DNA of 64,000 nucleotides from positions 1,325 through 65,324 of IMG/VR virus record IMGVR_UViG_3300042544_003937; one strand, given 5' to 3'. This document shows positions 11,801 to 20,903 of this stretch, piece after piece; position 1 is the first letter of the stretch, and every line of letters starts with the position of its first letter. The DNA comes from a virus. Taxonomy: Duplodnaviria > Caudoviricetes. Below the pieces are notes generated by a model. The model made no database searches, had not been told where the DNA came from, and worked only from the letters and a program-made list of their open reading frames with translations. Position numbers and translations under genes: made by a program.

Positions 11801-12596
11801 GAGAGGAAATAGTTCGGTTAAGGGTGTTTTTCAAATTGGTTCAATTGCTAATAGTGGTGGATATTTTGATTTCTCAGTATCGAGTGTGATTGCTTATTAT
11901 AGTGCTCTAACAGATGGAAGAGATTATTCGATTTCTTATAACATATCAGGTAGTGTCGGACCTACTGGTTCAGGATCTGCCGGTGCAACAGGCGCAACAG
12001 GTGCTACAGGGCCGATCGGACCAACAGGTCCAGTGGGACCGACCGGACCTTCTGGTGCAGGAAGTTTGCAAGATACACTTGCGGTAGGAAACACAATGGG
12101 AACTTATTCAATCTATATGGATAATGGTAAGTTATTTTCTACAAATGGAACTTCATCTTTTGCGATGAGTGACACTTCAACTATAAATCTTACACCTCAA
12201 CAAGAGTTTAACAAATTAAATTATACCTTCGGTTATAATGAAATTAAAACTATGGTGGAAACTTCCACGACAGGAACTGTATCTGCAACAGTCTCTACAA
12301 TTGCGAATTCCAATTTTCCAACTGAAAGTGTTTTTACAATACAGGTTATTACTCAAGCTGTCGATCCTACTAATGCACTTTATTATTCAAATAATATGTT
12401 CGCTTTCTTCTGGATTACAGGTGGTGTAGTTACACAGATAGGAAGTACTGATATAAATGAAAGAACTAATATGTCTACCGGGACTGCTGACATTACAACT
12501 GACGGTACTGATGTAAATATTGTTGTTCAAGGTGATAGTGGTTCGAGTTTATATTGGTCTACAAGGATAATTTACCAAATTTCTACAGCGGTTTAA
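8805..12596 (+). CDS. Long tail fibre-like protein with collagen segments and four internal repeats of about 125 aa
   Basis: 1263 aa; G-[ASP]-T repeats; four W..S...P..DP...F.[CT]D domains. Confidence 0.7.
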   Translation: MSTNKFFYVPEWQTTATVSAPDVGFVKIYTKSTDGYLYLADSSGNEKRIEFALYPKNGLTVTNFPSTNPLGYQLDLSIGAGLTFAGNYVGSSVSVYNVEPNMLKSTGGATSGYLLSTDGSNFVWSPFSFPGVSGSAGKIAKFTSSSTVGDSLISDDGSMIVIGSTPSFAVSTVNIVGSVSLIGNIYINDDNNVFLKHDNGFFFQTDENFIVVDENGYSYLRLMTDNVSVYTYSVMENALFISDDGSYKFLTSNLDKANFGSTSSTFTFSIYSDTAGAIEIKDGTEGSNKLLTSDSNGVGTWQNLNEGAGINLNGLTISVGLTGYGLTISGDALTFDYSIIGTSLTHSTGIININNSGVTAGSYGGSGSTTAITVDTYGRVTNISSFTISLPTFDDYINYPGDKGLTANDVTQDGGTASDTPISQTPIGYVSVYVLGQYLAVGDGTTNSSCYFGTNSGSPKSFSGPNSIQAGDYLYWNPSIAGFNLESDFIISLNYVVTPGSSGLFGITGSTGPIGLTGSTGATGSVGATGSDSSNSSRWIFSTASVPPTVDPGFGYFICDSVTFSSILTVGISSYDANNINYNVWLSNLYTNYTAGRKSYLQIVEVGSSDIIGLFEVTSVTDWVTYFDVNISPISVNGSLINDSLYSISYVYNGKDGSDAGVGSQWEWRNSPTAPADPNFNRFITDYTDLASVSNVSISIYNKDAVLHYDWLDYINTASTSGREVLIQITDINEPNKFGVYKIGAATNNTSYFDFTIASVLSATGSFDQYDNYMISFNVSGLAGATGAGITGGVGATGIDSANSVRWIYSNLATPPLNDPGANYFYTDSSGLGSTTILGISKDDINSIDVYSWLSLMNNLYNSNNPIYLKVEELGNPSVNAYFEVVSVADNVNYFDITVLNQIGNGSYTNGSIYSISFVHNGINGNDGGNGSKWNYEISLTSPTDPGINKFCTDTFNIGSISNISISTTDVDLNDYTAWMSYLESGVSSGRELFLEINERGNSSVKGVFQIGSIANSGGYFDFSVSSVIAYYSALTDGRDYSISYNISGSVGPTGSGSAGATGATGATGPIGPTGPVGPTGPSGAGSLQDTLAVGNTMGTYSIYMDNGKLFSTNGTSSFAMSDTSTINLTPQQEFNKLNYTFGYNEIKTMVETSTTGTVSATVSTIANSNFPTESVFTIQVITQAVDPTNALYYSNNMFAFFWITGGVVTQIGSTDINERTNMSTGTADITTDGTDVNIVVQGDSGSSLYWSTRIIYQISTAV

Positions 12597-12636
12597 AAGT
12601 TTTTGAATTTAATATATAAAATAAAATATTTTAGAA

Positions 12637-14424
12637 ATGTCTCGACAATTAAATGGAAATCAAATTTTAGTAGGACAAACAAGTGATTTGAACTATGGTC
12701 TATCACCAAGTAATGCTAATTTACCTGGGGTTTTAAGTACCGATAAACTTTCGGACGCAATAGATAAAATCGCGGGTGTCTTAGACAGACTCGCTCCTGC
12801 TAAAAGTCCATCATTATATACAAAATATTTATCACTAATCGGAACATTTTATTCTGCTAGACATGTTGCAACTGGTTCAACTGCTGGTAATACTATTTGG
12901 TTATCAAGTTCGACACAATCAACAGCTACAGCTTCCGAAATTTATAATTATGTTTATTTTGGTTCTAATCCTGTGGTTAGAGTTGCTGATTCAGCGACTG
13001 AAAATTCTAACCTAGCAACTTTTTCGGATGGTCAATTTGGTTATCTACAAGCTGATATAGACTTTGTTTCGATAATTCAAAAAAGTTTAGATCCAACATA
13101 TCATCCGCAATATGACAATACATCAGTCGATATCGGAACTTGGGGTGATGTCTTGACAATAAATTTTGATGCTGATCCATATTTATATCCACCAGATTCT
13201 GGATTCTGGACATCTTTAAAAGCTACAATGAGCGGTTCACAATCCTTTGTCAGTGGAACTGAATGGGATGGTGTTGAGCATACTTATCAAATGTCACATT
13301 TAATTACTGGTTCGACTCCTGTGTTTCAATTTATCTGTGACAATGGAAATGCAACTCCACCAACTTCACTTGCTGGAAATCCTTATTTCACTGTTATAAC
13401 TCAATCATCAACAAAGTGGATATCAGGAATACCAAGTCTTCAAATTGGAGATTTAGTTTCAGCTTCTTATTCAGTTAATAATACTATAAGTGGTGGTTCT
13501 TATCCACTAATATCAAGATTTTATAATTCGACAAGAATTACAAGATTCGAATTATCTGCGATAGTTCAATCATTCAAAAACGACTTAGAAAATGGAATTC
13601 CGGTTATTGGTGGAGCATCAGCTATTCCTAATGCTTATCAATCAGTTTGGTCAGTATCGGGATTAACAGTTTCTGTTATTTCTGATATGTATGATAATGA
13701 TGCTTGGTTTTCATTCAGAACTTATAATCCAGCAAATGTATCTTCAGCTGTAGTAACTGCTTATAATATAGGTGGATATGGAGCAAGTGCTAGTCAAAAA
13801 CTTTATATTGATACAATATCTGATGAAAGTTCAAGAAGTCGTTCTGGTAATGGTCAATATCCAAGTTATGGAACTGGTTCCTATCAATTTGGAGAGTCAT
13901 ATTCACCGACCTATTCGATGATTTCTATTTATGGGACAATACCTTCAGTCAGTGGAGAAATGATGTTACAGGGTGGTTTTTACAAATACCCAACTGGTGA
14001 CTATGATGTAAATTATCCAGTATCTGGTTTTACATATTCAACTCTTTATCATGATCCTATCGCTTATGGAACATATAGATGGGCAACTTTCAACATTGGT
14101 TCGATAACAAATAAGTCCGCGATTAGAATATTATTGAATGGAACAACTGGGGTAAATGATTTAATTCAAAGTGGGATGGCATTATATGTTACAGTTGTAA
14201 ACGCTGGCTCTCAAGTTATTGGATGGATTGATGCAAATTCACCTTGGGTAACTGGAACACCATCTGCAAATGGAGATTCTGCTTTAGTTATTGCGAATAG
14301 CACTGCTACAAATAGATATATAACTTTCGGTGGAACAACAAGAACTGGTGATGTTTGGGTAAGAATTGGATTTCCATCAGTAAGCTCAAGAAAATTCTCA
14401 TCGATAACTTATCAGTCAGTTTAA
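12637..14424 (+). CDS. Virion structural protein, paralogous to the C-terminal part of 2158..4932
   Basis: Shared motifs D....VL..LAP, IDT..DE, YP..D[FY], YR..T, GW[LI]D...P, NGD. Confidence 0.6.
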   Translation: MSRQLNGNQILVGQTSDLNYGLSPSNANLPGVLSTDKLSDAIDKIAGVLDRLAPAKSPSLYTKYLSLIGTFYSARHVATGSTAGNTIWLSSSTQSTATASEIYNYVYFGSNPVVRVADSATENSNLATFSDGQFGYLQADIDFVSIIQKSLDPTYHPQYDNTSVDIGTWGDVLTINFDADPYLYPPDSGFWTSLKATMSGSQSFVSGTEWDGVEHTYQMSHLITGSTPVFQFICDNGNATPPTSLAGNPYFTVITQSSTKWISGIPSLQIGDLVSASYSVNNTISGGSYPLISRFYNSTRITRFELSAIVQSFKNDLENGIPVIGGASAIPNAYQSVWSVSGLTVSVISDMYDNDAWFSFRTYNPANVSSAVVTAYNIGGYGASASQKLYIDTISDESSRSRSGNGQYPSYGTGSYQFGESYSPTYSMISIYGTIPSVSGEMMLQGGFYKYPTGDYDVNYPVSGFTYSTLYHDPIAYGTYRWATFNIGSITNKSAIRILLNGTTGVNDLIQSGMALYVTVVNAGSQVIGWIDANSPWVTGTPSANGDSALVIANSTATNRYITFGGTTRTGDVWVRIGFPSVSSRKFSSITYQSV

Positions 14425-14442
14425 AAATAAAATATTAAAAGA

Positions 14443-15405
14443 ATGGCACTCACACAATCGGCATCAGTTGATATATTAGAAAAGAAAATAATATGGAATA
14501 AATCTACCACAGAAGTGGGTAGAGAATATTTTGAAGAACCTTATTCATCAAATTTATCTATTCTATCAAGTGATATATGGTCACAAAGTGATGAACTTCC
14601 TAATACAGCTGCAACCGTTTCTGGACTTTTAAGTTTGGTTACAGCGACGCTAAGTTATGTAAATGGAACTAAAGGTGGTTATGTAAACACAAATTTAAAA
14701 AACGCTGTTCCTTTTTGGTTTGGTGATGGTGCTTCATACAGATGGAAGGTTTATAGAAATGATGGTGTGACAGAAATATATCCAGGTGAAGGTCTTTGGA
14801 TGTTTGATAATGGTAGTGGTGTTTTAAACTTCCTTTCGGCAACTTCCGGAGATGGTTTAGTTTATAATGGTGATGGTGCTATTATAGCTTCTCAGTCGGC
14901 ACCTCCTGTAATGCAGGTTTGGAAATATGAAGGTAAATTAGGTGTATTACCTAATATAGGTTCTGGTTTAACTTATTCTGGTGGAACTCTTTCAGTGATA
15001 CCAACTATTTCGGGTTCTTATTTAGAATATAAAGCTCTTTTGACTCAGACAGGAACTGCTTCTCCAACTGATAATATTTTAGTAAATTCGTTATCAGGAA
15101 CATGGTCTTATGTTTCGGATGGAATTTATTATTTCACTTCGACTGGAAACTTTACAGATGTAACAAAAGTAGAGGTTTATATCCCAGGTGTAACTATACT
15201 CGGTTACGCAATGACTAATAATTTGTTTCATATCAAAAGTGCTTCAAGATTAGATAATGATCGTGTAGAAGTTAGAACCGGTTTATTGACTAACTTTTAT
15301 GCGGATAAATATGTGACTTTTGATACATCTGGTGGAGCTCCTAGTGATATCTTAAAGAATGATGTTTTGTCTTATACTCCTATTACGATCAGAGTATGGT
15401 CATAG
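14443..15405 (+). CDS. Virion structural protein, N-terminus paralogous to 5003..7177
   Basis: KK...S....E...EP[FY]SS......[ED][IV]W....PN.A motif shared with the 5003 ORF. Confidence 0.6.
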   Translation: MALTQSASVDILEKKIIWNKSTTEVGREYFEEPYSSNLSILSSDIWSQSDELPNTAATVSGLLSLVTATLSYVNGTKGGYVNTNLKNAVPFWFGDGASYRWKVYRNDGVTEIYPGEGLWMFDNGSGVLNFLSATSGDGLVYNGDGAIIASQSAPPVMQVWKYEGKLGVLPNIGSGLTYSGGTLSVIPTISGSYLEYKALLTQTGTASPTDNILVNSLSGTWSYVSDGIYYFTSTGNFTDVTKVEVYIPGVTILGYAMTNNLFHIKSASRLDNDRVEVRTGLLTNFYADKYVTFDTSGGAPSDILKNDVLSYTPITIRVWS

Positions 15406-15695
15406 TTAAAGAGAGTTCGATTCATGGTAAGGGTGCTTTTGCTCTCAAAGATTTTGTGAAAGATGAAATTCTAGAGTGTGATGTTTTAGAAATTACAAAA
15501 TCACCGTTAGTTGAGAATTATATTTTTCCATTTATCGGAAGCAGAGTTTGTATTCACGTTGGGTGGGCGTCTTTTCTCAATAGTAGTGAACGACCAAATT
15601 TGAGACATTTGAGAATTGATACTAATAGAAAGATTAGTTATTTCGAGGTTATAGAAAACATAATCACTGGTGATGAGATTACATTGAGATATTAA
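15396..15695 (+). CDS. Minimal SET-domain protein (putative lysine methyltransferase)
   Basis: VKESSIHGKGAFA, FLNSSERPN (NHS-like), I..GDEITLRY motifs. Confidence 0.8.
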   Translation: MVIVKESSIHGKGAFALKDFVKDEILECDVLEITKSPLVENYIFPFIGSRVCIHVGWASFLNSSERPNLRHLRIDTNRKISYFEVIENIITGDEITLRY

Positions 15696-15954
15696 GAAAA
15701 TTTAAAATTATATCTAAATTCTTTTTGTTGAAATCTGAAATTTGTTCAACTCCGCCATTTTTAAGATATCCATTGTGTAAGTCTTTGAAATCATCTTCAG
15801 TGTAAAAATTCCCATCTATTCCTAATAGAACATTAGTGTGTTGAGATGTGATAGTATTATGTACTTTCAATCGAGGTGTTAATGGCATAGAACCATTCCA
15901 TAAGTCTACACCATTAGCAGCTTCATTAAATCTTTTGAAGTTCATTATTCTCAT
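15679..15954 (-). CDS. Hypothetical protein with N-terminal MRIMNFKRFNEA tag
   Basis: 91-aa ORF whose start overlaps the stop of the upstream ORF. Confidence 0.65.
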   Translation of the reverse strand: MRIMNFKRFNEAANGVDLWNGSMPLTPRLKVHNTITSQHTNVLLGIDGNFYTEDDFKDLHNGYLKNGGVEQISDFNKKNLDIILNFLNISM

Positions 15955-16364
15955 TTATCTATAATTATTTTTTCGAAATATTCATCTTGTATAGTAAGGG
16001 AATAATAATTTTTTTTATTTATAAAATTGATATTGTATAAAAATTTATCGTGTAATTTAGTAAATTTTCCATTTTTAAGTTTCAAAATAGAAAACTCGGA
16101 ATCTATGTCACTTTCAATTGAGAGAATTTCTTCTCCAATTTTCCCATCTCGATCTGTTAAATTACAGATTACTCTGATTCCTTTGGTTATAAATTCTTTT
16201 ATCAATATTTCAACAGCCATTTTTGATAGATATAAATAGTCCTTTAATTCACTATCGTGTAGTGTGTCAAACTTCGATAGGTGACTGAATTCTTCCATAC
16301 TTATGTTCTTCTCTTCCATAGTTTTATCTATATTTTTTTCTAAAAAGTCTGATTGTAGTTTCAT
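15951..16364 (-). CDS. Hypothetical protein
   Basis: 137-aa ORF with a TATATA-like box upstream on the minus strand. Confidence 0.65.
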   Translation of the reverse strand: MKLQSDFLEKNIDKTMEEKNISMEEFSHLSKFDTLHDSELKDYLYLSKMAVEILIKEFITKGIRVICNLTDRDGKIGEEILSIESDIDSEFSILKLKNGKFTKLHDKFLYNINFINKKNYYSLTIQDEYFEKIIIDK

Positions 16365-16471
16365 AAGTCTCTATACTATATATTAAAGGATTAAAATAAT
16401 TTTATATATACTTATTATAGAATTTCTTGTATTTAAGTTCTATATCAAAAATATAACGGAAATTTTTATCG

Positions 16472-19400
16472 ATGGATAAGAAGTTATTAAGCGCTCTTGA
16501 AAATTTATCTTTTGCTCTAGAAGAAATAGCGGCAGCCATAGAAAAATCTAAAACTGATAAACCTAAATCTGAGGTTGGTGGTGCTTTGACTGCTGGTGAT
16601 TTAGATAAAAAAATTGAATTAATAGATAAGGGTATAAAACAGTTGATGAAAGATAATAAGACCATTATCAAAAATCAAGAAACCCTTATAAGTTTAGCAA
16701 AAAATAAAAAAGAAGAGAGTGTAATTTCCGAATCCGGTGATAAAAAGAAAAGTTCAAAAATAAAAGATGGTTTAGCCACTGTTATGGCAATAGCTGTTGG
16801 TGTGTTAGCAATTGGACTTGCATTTAAAATAGTAGGTCAAATTGATTTTGTGTCAGTTATGGCTTTAGCACTTGCTCTTCCATTATTAGCATTTGCTTTT
16901 GAAAAAATTGCGGAAGTTGGGTATTATACCAGTCCTATGAGATTGATACTTATAACTGTTGCTATTGCGATGTCGGTTTCGATGGCTTCTTCTATTTTAA
17001 GTACAGTTAGACCAGTTAGTTTAATAAAATTACTAACTGCTATCGCGATTTCTGGAGTTTTAGTGGTTTTGTCTTTTGCACTTGGTAAAATAATGGAAGG
17101 CGTTTCTAAAATTACTGGTGTGGGAATATTGAAACTTTTTCTGTTACCGGTGGTTTTCTATTTTTTATCATTGGCTATTGCATCATCGTCAGAAGTATTA
17201 AGAGGTGTTAAGCCAGTAAATGCACTTAAACTATTTAGTGCGATATTGATCGCTGGTATGTTCGCAGCATTAGGATTCGCTTTAGATAAGATAGTCAATA
17301 GTATGGCGAAAATAAATGTTCTGGGTGTCGTTAATTTATTCCTGATGCCTCTTATATTTGTCGCACTTTCTATGGCTATTGCACAATCATCAGAACATCT
17401 TAGAGAAGTTAAACCAGTAAATCTTCTGAAATTATTAACAGCGATTTTAATTGCGGGTGTTTTTGCTGTTCTTGGATATGGATTGGGTAAAATTTTAGAA
17501 GGATTCAAAGGAATGGATCCTATAACTATAGCAATAGCAGCTTACGCAATGCCTATTGTATTAGTTTCATTGGCTGAGTCAATTGCGAAATCATCAGTTC
17601 ACATGAAAGAAGTTAAGGTGGTAAACTTATTGAAACTATTAACTGCTGTTGCGATTGGTTTTGTTTTCGTAGTTCTATCTTTTGCGGTTGTTCAGATTTC
17701 TAAGGCGATGGAAAAAGTTAGTATAATAGGTATAGTTTTAATGCCTTTTATCTTAGTTGCATTTGCAGAAGTGGTATACCGAACATCATTAATTTTTGAT
17801 AAAACTGTTGAAATACCTTATACTAAATTATTAAATATTTTAACGATGGCTGGAGTTATTTCAGCAATAGCATTTGTTTTTGGTAAATTAACTCAGATGG
17901 TTTTAAGTAAACTAACTATACTCGAAGTTCTAAAAGGGGCTGCTATGTTATTGATCATCGCAGGAACTATTACTGTTGCTTCGTGGATTCTAAATGAAGG
18001 AACATATGAAAAAGAAAAATATCCTGATGTTTTTTGGGCAGCTGGTGTTGGTCTTTCACTTGGAGTATTTGGTTTAGCGACTGTTGCCTTGGGTGCTGTT
18101 GCACTTACTGGTGTGGGTGCTGCTGCATTTTTGGTGGGTCTACCCATGATACCCTTACTTGCTGGAACAATCGTAGAAACATCAAAAATTTTGGCGGGTG
18201 GTAACTTTCAAGTTCCTGGAATGTTGGAGTGGGCGGTGGCTACTGCTCTATTATATGCGACATTCACACCTATAGTTCTAATAATGGGTGCGCTTGGTAT
18301 GGCGGCTAAGGCGATGAGTTTTTTCTCAGGTGGTCGCCTGAATCCTATGACTGTTGCAGGTGAAATGATTGTAGCTATGGCACAAACTATGGTTAATGTT
18401 TCTAAAAAACTTAAGGAAGGTGACTACACGGGTGGTCCGACTATGGAATGGGCGGGTGGAGTCGCCATAGCGATTGGAGCATTCTCACCGTTATATGCAA
18501 TGTTGATTGCGAATAAAGTATTGCGTGGTGGTGTTGGTCCTACTGAATTCAATACAGCTATCGAAACTGTGGTTGGTGGTATAGTAACAGCAGCTGGTCT
18601 ATTCGCAGGAACAACAGCCTTTCAAAATGGTCCTAAAAAAGAATGGGCCGAAGGTGTAGGGGGTGCGATTGGTGCATTTTCTCCATTATATGGAATATTA
18701 CTTAAGAATAAAGTATTAAAAGGTGGTGTTGGCCCGGAGGATTTTGTGACAGCTATCCAGACTATTACAACCGGAATAATTAAGGCGGCGAAGGATTTTA
18801 ATAAAAACAGTGCTGCTTTCGATTTGGAAAAAACACCGAAGAAAGAATGGGCTGAAAGAGTTGGGGCTGCTATTCAAGCTTTTATGCCAGCACTAGACTT
18901 TGTTTCAAAAAATAGTGGCATATTCTCAGGTGATGGTTCTAAAAATTTAAGAAAAGGTTTAGATGCTACTACTGACGGTATTGTATATGCCGCTAAAACT
19001 CTCGGTGATGCTGATTATAGTAAAGTTATACCTGAGACTTGGACTAAAGGTTTGGTCGGTGCTGTTACTAGTTATTTGGATTTGACTGCAAATAAGGTTT
19101 ATCCAAAGAGAGAGTGGTTATGGGATGCTCTCGAAAAAATGAAAATGGTTGTGAATAGTATCTTGTTCACATCAAAAAGATTCAAAAAAATCAATAGTAA
19201 TGTTAGTGGGTTCGATTCGGAATGGATAGGTGGATTTGACAAAGTTGTTAGAACTTATGTGGACTTACTTTCATATTATATCTACCCTAAGAGAGAATGG
19301 ATTTGGGACGCGATTGATAAATTGAATTGGGTAACTTATGATATAAAATTCACAGCTGAAAGATTTTCTTATATTTCAAAAATCACGTCAAATATTAAAC

Positions 19401-19954
19401 CGGATTGGATGACAAACGTTGATCAGAATATAAGAACGTATATCTCTTTAGCTGATTATTTGAGTTCAACAGATACTGATTATTCTAAAGTCTCAACCGC
19501 AGTTTCAAGTTTAGAAAAGATGTCGAAAGGTTATTCAGAATTAGCAAAGGGTGTTAGCAAATTGAGCACTGAATTAGAAAAGATAGACATGGAAAAACTT
19601 ACAGCACTGAGAAGTTTGACTGGTTCAATAATTCTAATGTCTTTAATGGATTCGGATCAATTCAAAGAAATGATGGACGCTCTCGAGGACAAAGCTAAGA
19701 TTTTTGTGGATGTAATCAATGAATTAGAAAGTAAAACCGAAAAATCAAAACCAGGTAAAGAATTAAAGTCAGGTATTGGTGTCAAAAGTGGAGGTGGTGA
19801 AAAGAGGGCTCCCGAAAAAACGATATCTGATTTATTCGGTGTGATGGAGTCTATAGACATGAAAATGCAAGAACTTGTAAACTCAAATGATAACCTATCT
19901 AAATATGTCGATGAAATTAGAAGCGATGATATAGATTTAAAGAAGAAAAGATAA
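16472..19954 (+). CDS. Tape-measure-like or membrane-inserting ejection protein
   Basis: 1160 aa; Ala/Gly/Leu-rich hydrophobic repeats of about 67 aa (V[KR]PVNLLKLLTAI), then EWA.GV..AIGAFSPLY and YPKREW repeats; helical termini. Confidence 0.6.
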   Translation: MDKKLLSALENLSFALEEIAAAIEKSKTDKPKSEVGGALTAGDLDKKIELIDKGIKQLMKDNKTIIKNQETLISLAKNKKEESVISESGDKKKSSKIKDGLATVMAIAVGVLAIGLAFKIVGQIDFVSVMALALALPLLAFAFEKIAEVGYYTSPMRLILITVAIAMSVSMASSILSTVRPVSLIKLLTAIAISGVLVVLSFALGKIMEGVSKITGVGILKLFLLPVVFYFLSLAIASSSEVLRGVKPVNALKLFSAILIAGMFAALGFALDKIVNSMAKINVLGVVNLFLMPLIFVALSMAIAQSSEHLREVKPVNLLKLLTAILIAGVFAVLGYGLGKILEGFKGMDPITIAIAAYAMPIVLVSLAESIAKSSVHMKEVKVVNLLKLLTAVAIGFVFVVLSFAVVQISKAMEKVSIIGIVLMPFILVAFAEVVYRTSLIFDKTVEIPYTKLLNILTMAGVISAIAFVFGKLTQMVLSKLTILEVLKGAAMLLIIAGTITVASWILNEGTYEKEKYPDVFWAAGVGLSLGVFGLATVALGAVALTGVGAAAFLVGLPMIPLLAGTIVETSKILAGGNFQVPGMLEWAVATALLYATFTPIVLIMGALGMAAKAMSFFSGGRLNPMTVAGEMIVAMAQTMVNVSKKLKEGDYTGGPTMEWAGGVAIAIGAFSPLYAMLIANKVLRGGVGPTEFNTAIETVVGGIVTAAGLFAGTTAFQNGPKKEWAEGVGGAIGAFSPLYGILLKNKVLKGGVGPEDFVTAIQTITTGIIKAAKDFNKNSAAFDLEKTPKKEWAERVGAAIQAFMPALDFVSKNSGIFSGDGSKNLRKGLDATTDGIVYAAKTLGDADYSKVIPETWTKGLVGAVTSYLDLTANKVYPKREWLWDALEKMKMVVNSILFTSKRFKKINSNVSGFDSEWIGGFDKVVRTYVDLLSYYIYPKREWIWDAIDKLNWVTYDIKFTAERFSYISKITSNIKPDWMTNVDQNIRTYISLADYLSSTDTDYSKVSTAVSSLEKMSKGYSELAKGVSKLSTELEKIDMEKLTALRSLTGSIILMSLMDSDQFKEMMDALEDKAKIFVDVINELESKTEKSKPGKELKSGIGVKSGGGEKRAPEKTISDLFGVMESIDMKMQELVNSNDNLSKYVDEIRSDDIDLKKKR

Positions 19955-19984
19955 ACTTTTTGTGATTAAAGAAATATAAATCAC

Positions 19985-20413
19985 ATGAAAAAAATTTCAT
20001 TTTTTAAAAAAGTTTCACTATTTCGGTTTTGGAGTAAAACCGTAAAGTCAAAAAGAGAAGAACTACTTCAAAATTTCAATACTCGAGTTGATACTTCGAG
20101 TCGTCTTTATACAGTTATAAATATTCCCCCTACTCTTATTGAAGAACCTTATAATCTGAGAAAGTCTGATATTGATAACTTAGCTCGTAGTTCCGTAACG
20201 GAATATTCTTCCAAAATTTCAACGTATCTAAACTCTTTGGGTCTACTGGAATTATATGATTATTATGAGGTAAAGAAAGTTGATAAGTATAGTTATCTTG
20301 TTGTTTTTGGATTCTCTCTATTCAAGTCACATATCTTTTTGAGAAATCTTTACATTTGTGGATTTTCTATTTCTCTAATTTCTCTAATTACTCTTTTATT
20401 TCTAATTTTCTAA
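19985..20413 (+). CDS. Hypothetical protein with C-terminal transmembrane segment
   Basis: Ends ICGFSISLISLITLLFLIF. Confidence 0.65.
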   Translation: MKKISFFKKVSLFRFWSKTVKSKREELLQNFNTRVDTSSRLYTVINIPPTLIEEPYNLRKSDIDNLARSSVTEYSSKISTYLNSLGLLELYDYYEVKKVDKYSYLVVFGFSLFKSHIFLRNLYICGFSISLISLITLLFLIF

Positions 20414-20457
20414 ACTTTTTAATTTTTTAATTTTATAATATAAAAAATTCTTTTAAT

Positions 20458-20883
20458 ATGAGTAAATTCTATTTTTTATCAGAAGATACAATCGACACTT
20501 TCATGAAAGTTTATAACAAAAAAGCTTTCTCAATCAATGTGAATTTCGAATTTGTAGGTTCTGAGACACAAAAATCACTTATCAAAATTTCTAAATTAGC
20601 AGATCAATTTTCATTCATTCTGAGCAAAGATGTTATTGTAACAATCAACGAAGACCTAATGAGTGTATTTGATGATGAGTCGGTTGAAATTCTAATTGAA
20701 CAAGAAATTGATAAAATAACAACTAATATCGAAACTGGAAAAATTCGTTTAGTGAAACCAGACTTAACAACTTTTTCTGGTCTTATTAACAAATATGGTA
20801 TTGAAAAAATTGCTAAGGCTAATAAAGTAGAAGAACTTTACGCTCAGCAAAAACAGGATCAAGAAGAAGGATTCATAATTTAA
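20458..20883 (+). CDS. Hypothetical protein, possibly a degenerate phage metallopeptidase-like fold
   Basis: DVIVTINE...ILIEQEIDKI...KPD..TFSGLINKYG resembles the putative phage metallopeptidase family but lacks the HExxH histidines. Confidence 0.5.
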   Translation: MSKFYFLSEDTIDTFMKVYNKKAFSINVNFEFVGSETQKSLIKISKLADQFSFILSKDVIVTINEDLMSVFDDESVEILIEQEIDKITTNIETGKIRLVKPDLTTFSGLINKYGIEKIAKANKVEELYAQQKQDQEEGFII

Positions 20884-20903
20884 TAAAAATAATTTAAACA
20901 AAA

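Noticed and set aside
1165-15405. Diversity-generating retroelement acting on the fibre genes
   Set aside because: No reverse transcriptase and no near-identical template/variable repeat pair seen; the shared modules are old protein-level paralogies.
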